A stretch of 64,000 nucleotides of DNA from Flavobacteriales bacterium (GCA_049289815.1 JBATMK010000325.1:848-64847); one strand, 5' to 3'; numbered from the stretch's first letter, positions 15,989-26,918 are shown. A program made the numbers and translations. Notes: a model not told the origin generated them from the sequence alone.

Positions 15989-16789
15989 CTATGGCGCGAA
16001 CCGCTCGAGCCGCGTTCCCTTCAGATTGGCCAGTACTTCTTCGATGATGCCGGGGTCAAGCATCTCGCGCCAGCGATCGATCACGCTCTTGTTCTTGTAT
16101 ACCGCATAGTAGCTGTCGGTGTGGACCTGTCCGCTTTCCTGAAGGAACCGACGCGTCTGTTCCTCGAAGGTGATGTGGCAGAAGTCGAAAAGCCCGGGGA
16201 TGGACTTCATCGGATCATTCACGAGATCCTCGTACTGTACGATCCGGAAGCGATCGGGGTATTTATCCTGCAGGTCCAGGTAGAGGTGTGTCACCTCCTT
16301 CCATTTGTAATAGCCGAAGTAGTCCTCGTTGCCGATGTTCTTGCAGTTGCCGAAACGCCATTCCTTGCGGATGTCGGATCCCAGCGGGAATTCCTTCGCG
16401 TTCCGGCTCCAGCTATCGAGTACTCCACAGGGGTGACGAACGATACCGATGCCGGTCATCGAAGGTACGCGGCGCATCATGGGTTCCAGCACACTTTGGT
16501 AGCGGTTCTCCTTGAAAACCAGCGTGCGCGGAACGGCGAGCTTCTCGAAACGAGGGTATTCGCCGCTCGCCTGCTTGTCGGCCTGTGTCAGGAACGGTGT
16601 ATCGGCTGTGACCATCTCTTCGAAGAACCGCTCATATTCCTCACGCGTGCTGTTTTCGTTCACCCGCCCCTTGAACTCGTAAGAGAACAGCGGCTGGAAA
16701 CGGAACACCACCTCCGGCGAACTGTTGAACACCTGGCCGAGCCAGCTGGTACCGCTGCGCGCCACACCGAACAAGGCCACGGTCTTCAT
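15989..16789 (-). CDS. Sulfotransferase family protein (second copy)
   Basis: 5'-PSB loop LFGVARSGTSWLGQV. Size and motif spacing match PAPS sulfotransferases. Encoded on the opposite strand from the flanking operon. Confidence 0.65.
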   Translation of the reverse strand: MKTVALFGVARSGTSWLGQVFNSSPEVVFRFQPLFSYEFKGRVNENSTREEYERFFEEMVTADTPFLTQADKQASGEYPRFEKLAVPRTLVFKENRYQSVLEPMMRRVPSMTGIGIVRHPCGVLDSWSRNAKEFPLGSDIRKEWRFGNCKNIGNEDYFGYYKWKEVTHLYLDLQDKYPDRFRIVQYEDLVNDPMKSIPGLFDFCHITFEEQTRRFLQESGQVHTDSYYAVYKNKSVIDRWREMLDPGIIEEVLANLKGTRLERFAP

Positions 16790-17478
16790 CGGGTCACAAG
16801 CAGGTCGAAGCGGAAATGAGCACAGATCAGCTCGGGATCCTGCGCCAGCACTTCCGTGCGGGCAAAGCCGCTAGAGGCGCAGAGCGGCTGCAGCCATTCC
16901 CCGTCGAACCAGGTTCCTATCACATCGCGGCCGGCGATCAGGTTGTCGAAGTACAATGCCTGCCGCTCCGGTGTGTTGTAGAACGCCCAAAGCCGCGACC
17001 GGTCGGGGATGTCGCCGACGAACAACAGCCCACCGGGACGCAGCCAGCGTGCCATGCGCCGGAACAGCGCGATGCACTCCGCATGATCGATGTACTGTAG
17101 CCCGGCGTACAGCAGGATCCGGGAGAACGCGCCTTCGGGAAAATCGGCGGTGCGCATATCGACGCATTGGGTGGTGACATTGGGAAGTCCACGATGCTGC
17201 AGGGTGTGCAACAGGTCAGGAGAAATATCGACGGCCGTCACTGATCGGCATTTGGGCGCAAAATGCGCGGTGAAAAGGCCGTTGCCACAGCAGAGATCCA
17301 GCACGTCATCATCAGCGCCCACAGGATACACCTTGTCCAGCGTCTGAAGCGTGAAGCGCCAGCGTTGTTCGGTGATCGGCTCCTTGTTGAGCGTGCGCAA
17401 CACTTGCGTCTGCTCATCAGCGCCGCGGGTGCCACGTCCGTGGTCACGCCAGAATTCAAGCCAGCGATCGTCGCTCAT
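16786..17478 (-). CDS. Class I SAM-dependent methyltransferase
   Basis: Motif I VLDLCCGNGLFTAHFA. 4-nt overlap with the downstream sulfotransferase gene. Confidence 0.65.
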   Translation of the reverse strand: MSDDRWLEFWRDHGRGTRGADEQTQVLRTLNKEPITEQRWRFTLQTLDKVYPVGADDDVLDLCCGNGLFTAHFAPKCRSVTAVDISPDLLHTLQHRGLPNVTTQCVDMRTADFPEGAFSRILLYAGLQYIDHAECIALFRRMARWLRPGGLLFVGDIPDRSRLWAFYNTPERQALYFDNLIAGRDVIGTWFDGEWLQPLCASSGFARTEVLAQDPELICAHFRFDLLVTR

Positions 17479-18428
17479 CGGGGGTTCTGCAAGTGCTCAA
17501 CGAAGCGGCGAAGATCGTCAACGGTGTAGCGGTGATCCACCGGCAGGGGCAGTAATTCAGTGCTCAGGCGTTTCTCCCAGGCATAGCCTTCGATACCGCG
17601 TTCCAACTCATCGGGCCAAAGTTGCGGGGCGAAGAGTCCCTTCTCATACATCGCTGGCCGGTCGATCGGCACGGCAGGGAGATAGGGATAACAAAAAGGC
17701 ACGTCTGCGGGATCGAACCGGTACCGGAACGTGTTCGACGCACCAAGCTGTTCGTGGAAGTACCGGAAGTTCCTCCGGCGCGCGCTTTTCACAGCTTCGT
17801 GATCGACACCGCGCAGCAATCCCTCGCTGATCGCGCTGATGCGCTGGACGTCGCCAGTGAGCGATCGCTCATATGAGGTGTAGGCACGGTACGCTTCCGC
17901 CTGTCGGCCGAGCAGGCGCAGTAGACCGTGGTCGAGCGAGACGGCCGCAAAGCGTGCAGCATCGATCGCGACCGGTACCGGGGCAAAGAGAAATGCACCA
18001 TCCGGTACGCCGAAGTATTTCCGTGCTGAGGTGAATGACCAGTGACCGGCATGGCCGCCACGATAGAAGGCGTGGGTGTCATCGATGATCAACCGGTCGC
18101 TGTAGTGTGTCTTCAGCCGTTCAGTGATCGCACCACATACCCCGTAGTAGTCGATCCATAAGAAGTACTCGCCGCTTGCAAGATCCGGAAGTGAAACGGG
18201 GTGGAGATCTTCATCCAGCGCATAGAAACGCGTCCCCACGTTCGATCGCCGGAAAGGCTCCAACGAGGCGTCGCAGGTGTGGTAGGGCACATGCACGAGC
18301 TTCGGCTTCAGGTGCTGGAGCAATACTGTCAGGCAGGCACGGCCGGTACACAGTGCGACCGCCCCGGGGTGCGGGCTCCCGCCACCTCGAGGGAGCTCAA
18401 GTTCGAAGAATCCGCCGATCGGTTTCAT
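17475..18428 (-). CDS. DegT/WecE-like PLP-dependent aminotransferase (divergent)
   Basis: Weak similarity in fold and motifs (SFTSARKYFGVPDGA resembles the SF..K PLP-Lys region). Start refined to MKPIGGFFELE at 18428. Confidence 0.45.
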   Translation of the reverse strand: MKPIGGFFELELPRGGGSPHPGAVALCTGRACLTVLLQHLKPKLVHVPYHTCDASLEPFRRSNVGTRFYALDEDLHPVSLPDLASGEYFLWIDYYGVCGAITERLKTHYSDRLIIDDTHAFYRGGHAGHWSFTSARKYFGVPDGAFLFAPVPVAIDAARFAAVSLDHGLLRLLGRQAEAYRAYTSYERSLTGDVQRISAISEGLLRGVDHEAVKSARRRNFRYFHEQLGASNTFRYRFDPADVPFCYPYLPAVPIDRPAMYEKGLFAPQLWPDELERGIEGYAWEKRLSTELLPLPVDHRYTVDDLRRFVEHLQNPR

Positions 18429-18585
18429 GTGTGCGATCCGTTCACCCCCGCCTGCGTTGCCCAAGACCTTGAGCCCGGGTAATGGGGAGTGTTTTCGATG
18501 AGCACAGCCAAGGCAGGAGCACTTCCTGGTCCCATGGAGCAACATCGGCGTGCATAAAGCGCGGGATCTAGGGCCTGGTGCTGTA

Positions 18586-19356
18586 TCATTCGCTCACAAG
18601 CCGATGCTGTTGTAGCATGTCCCGGATCGCGGGAGGAGCGTTGAACATCATCACATCGATGATGGACAGGCCCGGCTCGAAGGTATTGGTTCGCTGCTCG
18701 TACGGTGGTAGTTCCTGCTCCAGATAGAGCAGCTTCACGCCTGCCTGCCGGAAGCGTTCCAAGTCGAAGATCCCGCGGCCTCCCGGCGGGTTCACGTAAG
18801 CGCCGGCACCGAGCGAACGGCTGATGTGCAGCGCCCAGTCGCCGGGCTCACGCGCTTCAGTATGGGCCAAGGCCATGTCGGAATACACTTCATGATCGAA
18901 GGCAAGACCCAGATAAGAACAAGTCCGTTCCAAACAGTTTGTATTGAAGGCCACGAGCGATTGGCTCTCGGGGCGAAGGCATTCTTCCAGCAACGCCAGC
19001 ACCGCATCGTAGTGCGGGGCGTGCACCGCTTTGTAGTGATCCAGGTGCCGGATGATCCGATCGAAACGGTCGGGTTCGGATGGCAGGTGAATGTCCTTGA
19101 TCAGCGTGCTGCGATCATGCGGCTCCACGGTCACTCCGATATATTTCCAGCCACCGCCTTTCTTCAACACGCGGTTGCGGTTCATCCAGCCCTTGCGGAT
19201 GTACTGCACGGGATCGAAAACGATCCAGCGATCGGTGCAGGCGATCAGGCTGAAGTACCCGAGGTAAGGGAAGAAATACGGCTGCATGATGCCCAGCCGT
19301 ACGCCGGTGTAAACGGATCGGTCGAGGCGGGAGGGAGAGGATGCGGAGGCGCTCAT
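18586..19356 (-). CDS. WbqC-like family protein
   Basis: The N-terminal MQPYFFPYLGYFSLI motif is diagnostic of WbqC-family proteins found in O-antigen loci. Start uncertain (19356 or 19287). Confidence 0.6.
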   Translation of the reverse strand: MSASASSPSRLDRSVYTGVRLGIMQPYFFPYLGYFSLIACTDRWIVFDPVQYIRKGWMNRNRVLKKGGGWKYIGVTVEPHDRSTLIKDIHLPSEPDRFDRIIRHLDHYKAVHAPHYDAVLALLEECLRPESQSLVAFNTNCLERTCSYLGLAFDHEVYSDMALAHTEAREPGDWALHISRSLGAGAYVNPPGGRGIFDLERFRQAGVKLLYLEQELPPYEQRTNTFEPGLSIIDVMMFNAPPAIRDMLQQHRLVSE

Positions 19357-19434
19357 TTTCGAGTGGGCCAAAGATGCGCGATCGCCCCGTGGACCCCCGA
19401 CTATCTTCGCCGCCCTTCCATCCGGACGTGCACC

Positions 19435-20433
19435 ATGGCCAGCGCTCCCGACCCCGCAGTACCGGCGGTTCCCGTGGTTTCCATTTCGGTCACCGCCTAC
19501 CAGCACGCAGCATTTTTGGCCGAATGCCTGGACAGCATCCTGGCCCAGCGCACTTCCTTTCCCTATGAGATCCTGTTGGGCGAGGACGGCTCAACCGACG
19601 GGACCCGGGAGATCGCCATTCGTTACGCGGAAGCGCATCCTGACAAGATCCGACTGTTCCTCCGCGACCGGTCGCAAGTAATCATGATCGACGGGCGAGC
19701 CACTGGTCGCGGGAATTTCCTCAACAACTTCCAACACGCACGAGGCCGCTACCTCTGCCACCTCGATGGTGATGATTTTTGGAACGATCCAGAGCGCCTG
19801 CGGATCATGGTAGAGCGCATGGAAGCGGAGTCTGATCTGTCCATGGCGTTCCATAATGCATGGAATCTATTCCCGAATGGCCGCCAGGTGGATTACGTGC
19901 GGCAATGGACCGGTACGGGCCCGCTCAAAGTGCGGTACAGCGGCGATGACCTGATCACCCAGAACTGGATCCCTACCGGAGGCCTCATCTGGCGCATCGG
20001 CGGTGAACGGGATGTGCCGGAGGTGTGGCGCACCACGATCGCAGGTGATTGGGTGGTCAACCTCTTCTTTGCGCAGCGCGGCCCCATCGGCTGCATCGAC
20101 AAGCATATGAGCGTACGGCGCGTTCACGGTGGCGGCCTGATCAGCGGCATGGATCCGGTGCGTAAGATGGAGTTGAACCTGCGCATGCTGGGCATCGTCG
20201 ATCGGTTCACGCACGCGAAGCACAGCCAGCCTATCGCGAAGCGCCGCGTTGAGATCCTCTCAGAGGCATTGCGCGCGTGTGTGCAGAACGGGCGCACCGC
20301 CGATGCGCGTGGCATCTGGAAACAACTGAGCGGCTCACCCAGCTACAGTGCCACACTGCGAGAGCGCATGCGCTGGATGGTGCTGGTGCGCTGGCCACGG
20401 CTGGCTCGCTGGATCCATCGCGCGCGCTCTTGA
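19435..20433 (+). CDS. Glycosyltransferase family 2
   Basis: VSISVTAYQHAAFLAECLDSILAQ...YEILLGEDGSTDGT (GT-A DXD region). Start refined; the track ORF 18826..20433 is a 5' over-extension across the divergent intergenic region and WbqC. Confidence 0.75.
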   Translation: MASAPDPAVPAVPVVSISVTAYQHAAFLAECLDSILAQRTSFPYEILLGEDGSTDGTREIAIRYAEAHPDKIRLFLRDRSQVIMIDGRATGRGNFLNNFQHARGRYLCHLDGDDFWNDPERLRIMVERMEAESDLSMAFHNAWNLFPNGRQVDYVRQWTGTGPLKVRYSGDDLITQNWIPTGGLIWRIGGERDVPEVWRTTIAGDWVVNLFFAQRGPIGCIDKHMSVRRVHGGGLISGMDPVRKMELNLRMLGIVDRFTHAKHSQPIAKRRVEILSEALRACVQNGRTADARGIWKQLSGSPSYSATLRERMRWMVLVRWPRLARWIHRARS

Positions 20434-20635
20434 GCGGCGACCCATCTTTGCCCGGTGCCAGCCGCGCCCAAGGAACTCCTGTCCCTGCTGCTCGCTGTGG
20501 ACATCGTGGATCCGTTCTGGATGCGCAACTCGATCCCCCGCGAGCTGGCCAGGAATTTCGTGATCGCTTACCTGCCGGGTTTGGCTGGATGGGTGGCGCG
20601 TAAACGCATGGGGTAGTGCGCCCATCCGATCACCT

Positions 20636-21340
20636 TTGCCGTTCATGCATCCCTTCACCGATCCACAACTCACGCGCGACACGCAGGACCTTTATCCTGT
20701 GCGGTCTTCCATCCTGAAGGCGCTGAACCTGGTAAAGCCGCGCCTCCAGGGCTCCTTGCTCGACATCGGTTGCGGCGTGATGCCTTATCGGGAATTGTTG
20801 CTGGCCAAGCCCAGCAGCATCACGCGGTACATCGGCATGGACCTCGGCAGCCACGGCATCTACAAGAAGGTGCCGCCCGATATCGAGTGGGATGGCCGCA
20901 CTGCCCCGCTGGAGGATGCCAGTGTGGAGAACGCCATGGCCATCGAAGTGCTGGAACATTGTCCCGAACCGATGGTGGTGCTGCGCGAAGCACACCGTGT
21001 GATGTGCACCGGTGGAACGTTCTTCTTCACCGTTCCCTTCTTATGGCCCTTGCACGATGTGCCGTACGATGAGCACCGCTATACGCCCTTCGCCATGGAG
21101 CGCATGTTGAAGGATGCCGGCTTCAAGGATGTGATCGTGACACCGCATGGCGGATGGAACGCGAGCCTGGCACAGATGATCGGGCTCTGGGTAACACGGA
21201 AGCCGATGACCGCTCGCCGCCGGTCCATCCTGAAACGCTTGACTTTCCCGGTCGTGCGTAGCCTCCTGCGCAACGACAACATCGGGCCTTTGGCGCACGG
21301 GCCGATGATCACCGGGCTTTGGGGCACGGCGGTGAAATGA
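20636..21340 (+). CDS. Class I SAM-dependent methyltransferase (type 11)
   Basis: LLDIGCGVMPY motif I and the AIEVLEHCPEP motif. Confidence 0.65.
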   Translation: MPFMHPFTDPQLTRDTQDLYPVRSSILKALNLVKPRLQGSLLDIGCGVMPYRELLLAKPSSITRYIGMDLGSHGIYKKVPPDIEWDGRTAPLEDASVENAMAIEVLEHCPEPMVVLREAHRVMCTGGTFFFTVPFLWPLHDVPYDEHRYTPFAMERMLKDAGFKDVIVTPHGGWNASLAQMIGLWVTRKPMTARRRSILKRLTFPVVRSLLRNDNIGPLAHGPMITGLWGTAVK

Positions 21341-22452
21341 GCACGCTCCGCACCATCATCGTCTCGCCCAACCGCGATGCATGGAGCGAGACCTTCATCC
21401 GCACGCACATCGAACGCTTGCCGGGCGAGCATCTGGTGCTGACCGATGGCTTCCTGCCGAAGCGCTTCGAGAGCGGTGAAGAGATCATGGCCACCGGCAG
21501 CTTGTCGCATCTCTTGCGCAGCATCCGGTTGCGCACAGGTAGCACTTGGCACAAGGAGCACCTCCGGACGCTCACAACCCTTGTGCGCACCATCGATCCC
21601 CAGGTCGTGTTGGCGGAGTACGGCCCCACCGGGGCAGCGATGTTACCGGTTTGCCGTGCGGTGAGCGTACCGCTGGTGGTCCACTTCCACGGAGTGGATG
21701 CCTTCAGTACGAAGTTGCTCCGGGAACAGGACAACTACACCGACCTCTTGCAGCAAGCTGCCGCGATCGTTGTTGTGAGCCACGAGATGGAACGGCAGAT
21801 GATCTCGCTCGGTGCTTCACCCGAGCGCGTGCATTACAACTGCTATGGGATCGATCTGCAACACTTCATGCTTGGATCGTCCCATGCGTTGGACAAGCGG
21901 TTCGTTGCCATCGGCCGGTTCGTGGAGAAGAAAGCACCACAACTCACCCTTGCAGCCTTCCACAAGGCCTGGCGGCAAGACAGCACATTACGGCTTTCCA
22001 TGATCGGCGATGGACCGTTGCTGGAACGCTGTGGAGCCCTCGCGCGTGAACAAGGCATGGCCGACGCCGTTGAGTTCACCGGTGTCCTGCAACACGAGGA
22101 AGTGGCCGAACGCTTACGCGACGCGCGGGCCTTCGTGCAGCACAGCATCATCAGCGGCGACAACGATCACGAAGGCACTCCGCTCGCTGTGCTGGAAGCG
22201 ATGGCCAGCGGCGTTCCCGTGATCGCCACACGGCATGCGGGCATTCCGGATGTTGTGGAGCATGGCGTGCAAGGACTGCTTTGCGACGAACATGATGTGG
22301 ATGCCATGGCCAGCAACATGCTCGTTCTTGCACGTGATCCGCAATTGGCAATGGAGATGGGCAAAGCCGGTCGCGCCAATGTGGAGGCGCACTATACCGT
22401 GGAACGCTCGATCGCGGGCCTCCACCGGATCCTTCTGTCCGTGGTGCGCTGA
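21337..22452 (+). CDS. Glycosyltransferase family 4 (GT-B, retaining)
   Basis: C-terminal EGTPLAVLEAMASGVPVIATRHAGIPDVV (EX7E region). ATGA overlap with the upstream gene. Confidence 0.8.
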   Translation: MSTLRTIIVSPNRDAWSETFIRTHIERLPGEHLVLTDGFLPKRFESGEEIMATGSLSHLLRSIRLRTGSTWHKEHLRTLTTLVRTIDPQVVLAEYGPTGAAMLPVCRAVSVPLVVHFHGVDAFSTKLLREQDNYTDLLQQAAAIVVVSHEMERQMISLGASPERVHYNCYGIDLQHFMLGSSHALDKRFVAIGRFVEKKAPQLTLAAFHKAWRQDSTLRLSMIGDGPLLERCGALAREQGMADAVEFTGVLQHEEVAERLRDARAFVQHSIISGDNDHEGTPLAVLEAMASGVPVIATRHAGIPDVVEHGVQGLLCDEHDVDAMASNMLVLARDPQLAMEMGKAGRANVEAHYTVERSIAGLHRILLSVVR

Positions 22453-22476
22453 CCACCCGCGGATAGCTTCGCGCCG

Positions 22477-23664
22477 ATGCGCTTGGCCACCTTCACCCAC
22501 TACGCGGAACTCTACGGTGCCAACCGCAGCTTGCTGGAGGTGCTGCTGGAACTGCGCACCACAGGTGCCATCGAGCCGATCGTGATCGTTCCACGCGAAG
22601 GACCGCTCACTGCGCGCCTGACCAAGGAGGGCATCCCGTTCAGGACCGCGCCCTTCGAGCCGTGGATGAGCGAGCGGTACTATGGTGGTCGTTTGCACCA
22701 CCACATTGCGCAATGGATCCGCCACACCCGCGCCGCGCGCAAGCGCCGCGCGGCCAGCTCGGCTGCCTTGGAAGCCCTGCTGCCTGAACTGCGCGAGTGG
22801 AAGCCCGACCTCGTGCATAGCAACAGTCTCGCGGTAAGCATCGGTTGGCGGGCAGCGGGCAGGCTGGGCGTGCCGCATGTATGGCACGCACGCGAATTCC
22901 CGGAGCAGCACTACGGATTGCACTACGACGATGGTCGCATCCGGTACGGCAAGGCCTTACGCACTTCGGCGCGTATGGTTGCCATATCCGAAGCGTTGAA
23001 AGAGGATCTTTTGCGCTTCGGTGTTGCTGGGGACAAGGTCGATGTGGTGGCCAACGGCGTGTTCCGTGCCAAGACGTACGAGAGCCTCGCACATCGGGAG
23101 CGGCGACCGGATCCAGCCGTGTTCACGTTCGTCCAGATGGGCTTGCTGCACCCGAGCAAGGGCCAGTCGGAGACCGTCCGGGCGTTGGCATTGGTACGGG
23201 AGCAGCGGCCGGAGGCACGGCTGATCATCGCAGGCACCGGGCGCGATCGCGACTTGCGTGCAGCGATCATCCGCACAGGGCAGCAGGATGCCGTGGAACT
23301 CCCGGGCTATGTGGAGGACCCCATCAGCTTGATGCTGCACTGCGATGCCTTCGTGTCGGCCTCGCGTTGGGAAGCTTTCGGTCGTTCCATGGTGGAAGCC
23401 ATGGCTTGTCGCCTTCCTGTTGTGGGCCATGCGAGCGGCGGCACAACGGAGATCCTGGAAGAAGGGGTCACCGGGCTCTTGTACAAGAGGGATGAAGGCG
23501 ATCTTTCGACGGCCATGCTCAAGTTGATGGAAGATCGGAACGCAGCCCGTGCGATGGGGGAGAAGGGACACGTGCGGGCACGTGAGCGCTACACGGTGGA
23601 AGCGAGTGCACAGGCGTTCGAACGATCGCTGGAGCAAGCCATGCAAAGCGCGAAGGCCACATGA
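22477..23664 (+). CDS. Glycosyltransferase family 4
   Basis: [31 protein letters not shown]7E motif; GT-B fold. Confidence 0.8.
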   Translation: MRLATFTHYAELYGANRSLLEVLLELRTTGAIEPIVIVPREGPLTARLTKEGIPFRTAPFEPWMSERYYGGRLHHHIAQWIRHTRAARKRRAASSAALEALLPELREWKPDLVHSNSLAVSIGWRAAGRLGVPHVWHAREFPEQHYGLHYDDGRIRYGKALRTSARMVAISEALKEDLLRFGVAGDKVDVVANGVFRAKTYESLAHRERRPDPAVFTFVQMGLLHPSKGQSETVRALALVREQRPEARLIIAGTGRDRDLRAAIIRTGQQDAVELPGYVEDPISLMLHCDAFVSASRWEAFGRSMVEAMACRLPVVGHASGGTTEILEEGVTGLLYKRDEGDLSTAMLKLMEDRNAARAMGEKGHVRARERYTVEASAQAFERSLEQAMQSAKAT

Positions 23665-24671
23665 GCACATTGCCGCGCATCACCATCATCACGCCGAGCT
23701 TCCAGCAGGCCACGTACCTGGAAGACTGCATCCACTCGGTGATGGAGCAGGACTATCCGCATGTGGAGCACATCATCGTTGACGGTGGAAGTACCGATGG
23801 TAGCAAGGCCATCATTGAAAAGCATGCACCGAAGCTCAAATGGTGGTGCAGTGAAAAGGATGAGGGCCAGAGCCAGGCGATCAACAAGGGCCTGGCCCAC
23901 GCCACCGGGGATGTATTCACCTGGCTCAACAGCGATGATGCACTGACACCGGGCGCGCTGCACAAGGTGGGGCAGGCGTTCGCAGCGGAGCCGTCGTTGC
24001 GCGTGTTCGGTGGCCGTGTGATCCACAGCGACAAGCATGGGCACCGGGTGTTCGACCGGCTGAACGACGCCGATGACATTCCCCGTCTATTCACCGATCC
24101 CGTCATCAACCAGCCGGCCACCTACTACAAGCTCGACGTGGTGCGTGCCATCGGCGGCGTTGATCCGCGGTTGCGTTACGTCATGGATGTTGAGCTATGG
24201 TGGCAGTACCTGTTGCGGAACGGCACGCAGCATATGCACTTCGTTCCGGTTGAACTCGCGGTATTCCGCCTTCACGACGCCAGCAAGACCATTACGGCGC
24301 ATGCACATTTCCTGGACGAGATGGCCACTCTCCTGCACGGTCTCTGTACCGCGAGCGGTCTCCACGATATGGCAGCGATCTTCCCATTGGGCCATTCGCT
24401 CAGCTCGGGTTTACGCGGCATTCCGGCAACACCGAAGAACAAGGAGATCGTGCGCAGCATGGCCATCACCTTCCTGCTCAAATGGCACGGCACGATCCAC
24501 CGGCAGGACGACTTCCGGATGATGAAGGCCTTCCTGCGCATGCGCCCATGGCTGCATCCTGGCCTCACCGCCGACCAGGAACGAAGGGTGCAACAGCTGC
24601 GCAAGGAACTTGTGGTGCCCTCGTGGGCGCTCTTCCGCACACGTCGCAAACTGCGCAGCCTCCTGCGATGA
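23661..24671 (+). CDS. Glycosyltransferase family 2
   Basis: [21 protein letters not shown]...[16 protein letters not shown] overlap upstream. Confidence 0.8.
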   Translation: MSTLPRITIITPSFQQATYLEDCIHSVMEQDYPHVEHIIVDGGSTDGSKAIIEKHAPKLKWWCSEKDEGQSQAINKGLAHATGDVFTWLNSDDALTPGALHKVGQAFAAEPSLRVFGGRVIHSDKHGHRVFDRLNDADDIPRLFTDPVINQPATYYKLDVVRAIGGVDPRLRYVMDVELWWQYLLRNGTQHMHFVPVELAVFRLHDASKTITAHAHFLDEMATLLHGLCTASGLHDMAAIFPLGHSLSSGLRGIPATPKNKEIVRSMAITFLLKWHGTIHRQDDFRMMKAFLRMRPWLHPGLTADQERRVQQLRKELVVPSWALFRTRRKLRSLLR

Positions 24672-25669
24672 GGGTTTCGGTGCTGATGCCTGTTCACAAC
24701 AAGGCTCCCTTCGTGAAGGAAGCCATCGAGAGCGTATTGAACGGCGGTTTCCAGGACTTCGAGATCGTGTGCGTGGACGACAAGAGCACCGACAACAGTG
24801 TGCAGGTGATCCAGGGGATCAGCGATCCGCGTGTGCGCCTCATCCTCATGGATAAGAACCTCGGACCTGCCGGCGCAGCCAACCGTTGCTTGGATGAAGC
24901 GCGCGGCGAGTACCTGGTGCGGTTGGATGCCGATGACCTTGCGGTACCCGACCGACTGGCCAAGCAGGTGGCTTACATGGATGCACATCCAGAGGTGGTG
25001 GCCAGCGGCGGCCACCTGCAATTGTTCGGCGCGCGCGAACGGCTGTGGAAGTTCCCGCTCGAACACGACGATTGCGTGGCCAACCTGCTCTTCGGTGTGC
25101 CGGTGAGCCAGGGTGCCAGCATCATGCGCCGCAGCGTGGTGGAACAAGATGCCCTCCGCTATGATCCATCCTGGCCGCGCGTCGGTGAGGATTGGTTGTT
25201 CTGGCTGCGCGTTTCGCGCGCCGGCCGCTTCGGGAATCTCGACGAAGCGATGACCCTCTACAGGCGTGGAGAGCAGAACATCAGCCATGGCCGCGACAAG
25301 TCCGAGGATTTCGCCGATCTCACACGACGCGTCTTCGCGTTCTTCGAGCTACCGCTCAGCGCTCAGCAATTGGAACTTCACCTGCTCGCTGGCAAGATCT
25401 TCCGCAAGCCACCCGACGCGGCAATGGTGCGCTCGCTCCGGGCCTGGCTCGATGAGTTGCTGCATATGAACGCAGCGCGCGCACTGTTCCCGACGGCAGC
25501 GTTCGAGCGGCGGATCGCAGCGGCATGGGACGGCCTCTTCCACTTTTTGGCCGATCGCGATGCAGGTGCCGCGCTCGCCCATATGCGCCTGAGCCGTCGT
25601 TGGCCGATGGATCGGTTGATGTACCTCGGTAAGCGAAGGATCAGCGCCATCTTGCGCCGGCACCCATGA
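24668..25669 (+). CDS. Glycosyltransferase family 2
   Basis: [21 protein letters not shown]...[13 protein letters not shown], then LDADD. Start refined to M at 24668 (ATGA overlap). Confidence 0.8.
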   Translation: MRVSVLMPVHNKAPFVKEAIESVLNGGFQDFEIVCVDDKSTDNSVQVIQGISDPRVRLILMDKNLGPAGAANRCLDEARGEYLVRLDADDLAVPDRLAKQVAYMDAHPEVVASGGHLQLFGARERLWKFPLEHDDCVANLLFGVPVSQGASIMRRSVVEQDALRYDPSWPRVGEDWLFWLRVSRAGRFGNLDEAMTLYRRGEQNISHGRDKSEDFADLTRRVFAFFELPLSAQQLELHLLAGKIFRKPPDAAMVRSLRAWLDELLHMNAARALFPTAAFERRIAAAWDGLFHFLADRDAGAALAHMRLSRRWPMDRLMYLGKRRISAILRRHP

Positions 25670-26892
25670 ACGCCGGCAAGGAACTCTGGCTCTTCACCGT
25701 GAGCTATCCGTACGGAACGAACGAGGCGTTCCTGGAGAACGAGTTGCCGGTATTGGCCAAGCGCTTCCGCAAGGTGGTGTTGATCCCCTTGCTCGGCAAA
25801 GGCGCTGCGAACCCTCTGCCTCCGGGTGTTGAAGTACGTCATACCGTCGCCGACCCATACCGCGCGGCGAGCATCGGTGAGATGCTCTCGTGCCTTCCTG
25901 CACTGCTCACCGTGTTGAGGTGCACCATCGCATCGGCACCGTCGTTCGGTGTGTTGCGCCGGCGATGGCCCGACCTCCGCAGCCGCTTGCGGCAAGCGTT
26001 GCACCGTGCGTTGGAGTTGAAGCGCTTGTTGGGAAAGGAATGCGACCCGGACCAGGTGGTCCTCTATTCGTTCTGGACAGCCGATTGGGCCACCGCCCTC
26101 GGTCTGTGGCGATCGATGGATCCCCGTGTCAGCTTCCGCAGTCGCATGATGGGCTTCGACATGTACGCGCACCGGGCGAAAGAGGGATGGCAGATGTTCC
26201 AGCGCTTCCACGTGCGTCAGGCCAAGGGCTTGCATCCGATCAGTCAGGATGGGGTGAACGCCATGTGCAAGGCTTACCCGGCGCATGCTGAAAAGTTCCG
26301 GTTGAGCTATCTGGCAACCGTGGATCACGGTGCCGGACCTTGGGCAGCAACGGATGTGCTGCGCATTGTGTCGTGCAGCAATCTGGTGGAGTTGAAGCGT
26401 GTACACTTGATCGCCGAGGCGTTATGCCGATGCAACGTGCCGGTGCAGTGGACGCATTTCGGTGACGGGGCCGAGCGCGCGAAGGTTGAAGCAGTGCTGC
26501 GCGATGCTCCGGCGCACGTGAACGCTGCATTGGTCGGTAGCAGGCCGAACGTGGAAGTGATCTCTTGGTACAGGACGAACCCCGCGGATGTTTTCATCCA
26601 TCTGAGCCGCACGGAAGGCGGAGCACCTGTGGCGCTACAGGAGGCCGCCAGCTTCGGTATTCCGCTCCTGGCAGCGGAGGCAGGAGGCGTGAAGGAGATC
26701 GTGACCGATCGCACGGGTGTGCTCCTGCCGAACGCGGTCGACACCGGATCCGTGGCCGCCCTCCTCGATGGTTGGAAAGGAACGAAATGGTACGGAGAAG
26801 CGGGGAGGGCACAGGTGCGCGGGGCATGGAAAGAGCGGTTCGATGCGGAAGTGGTGTACAACGCCTTCGCCGATATCCTGCTTGAGGGTTAG
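25666..26892 (+). CDS. GT4-like glycosyltransferase (tandem paralogue A)
   Basis: C-terminal EGGAPVALQEAASFGIPLLAAEAGGVKEIV. The N-terminus LENELPVLAKRFRKVVLIPL is shared with the next gene. Confidence 0.6.
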   Translation: MNAGKELWLFTVSYPYGTNEAFLENELPVLAKRFRKVVLIPLLGKGAANPLPPGVEVRHTVADPYRAASIGEMLSCLPALLTVLRCTIASAPSFGVLRRRWPDLRSRLRQALHRALELKRLLGKECDPDQVVLYSFWTADWATALGLWRSMDPRVSFRSRMMGFDMYAHRAKEGWQMFQRFHVRQAKGLHPISQDGVNAMCKAYPAHAEKFRLSYLATVDHGAGPWAATDVLRIVSCSNLVELKRVHLIAEALCRCNVPVQWTHFGDGAERAKVEAVLRDAPAHVNAALVGSRPNVEVISWYRTNPADVFIHLSRTEGGAPVALQEAASFGIPLLAAEAGGVKEIVTDRTGVLLPNAVDTGSVAALLDGWKGTKWYGEAGRAQVRGAWKERFDAEVVYNAFADILLEG

Positions 26893-26918
26893 CCGACTAT
26901 CCTTGTTCCGCCACTGAC

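Noticed and set aside
18826-20433. 535-aa + strand ORF in the track
   Set aside because: The first roughly 200 codons are antisense to the WbqC-like gene and read as low-complexity junk. The GT2-like sequence begins at MASAPDPAV (19435). I shortened it accordingly.
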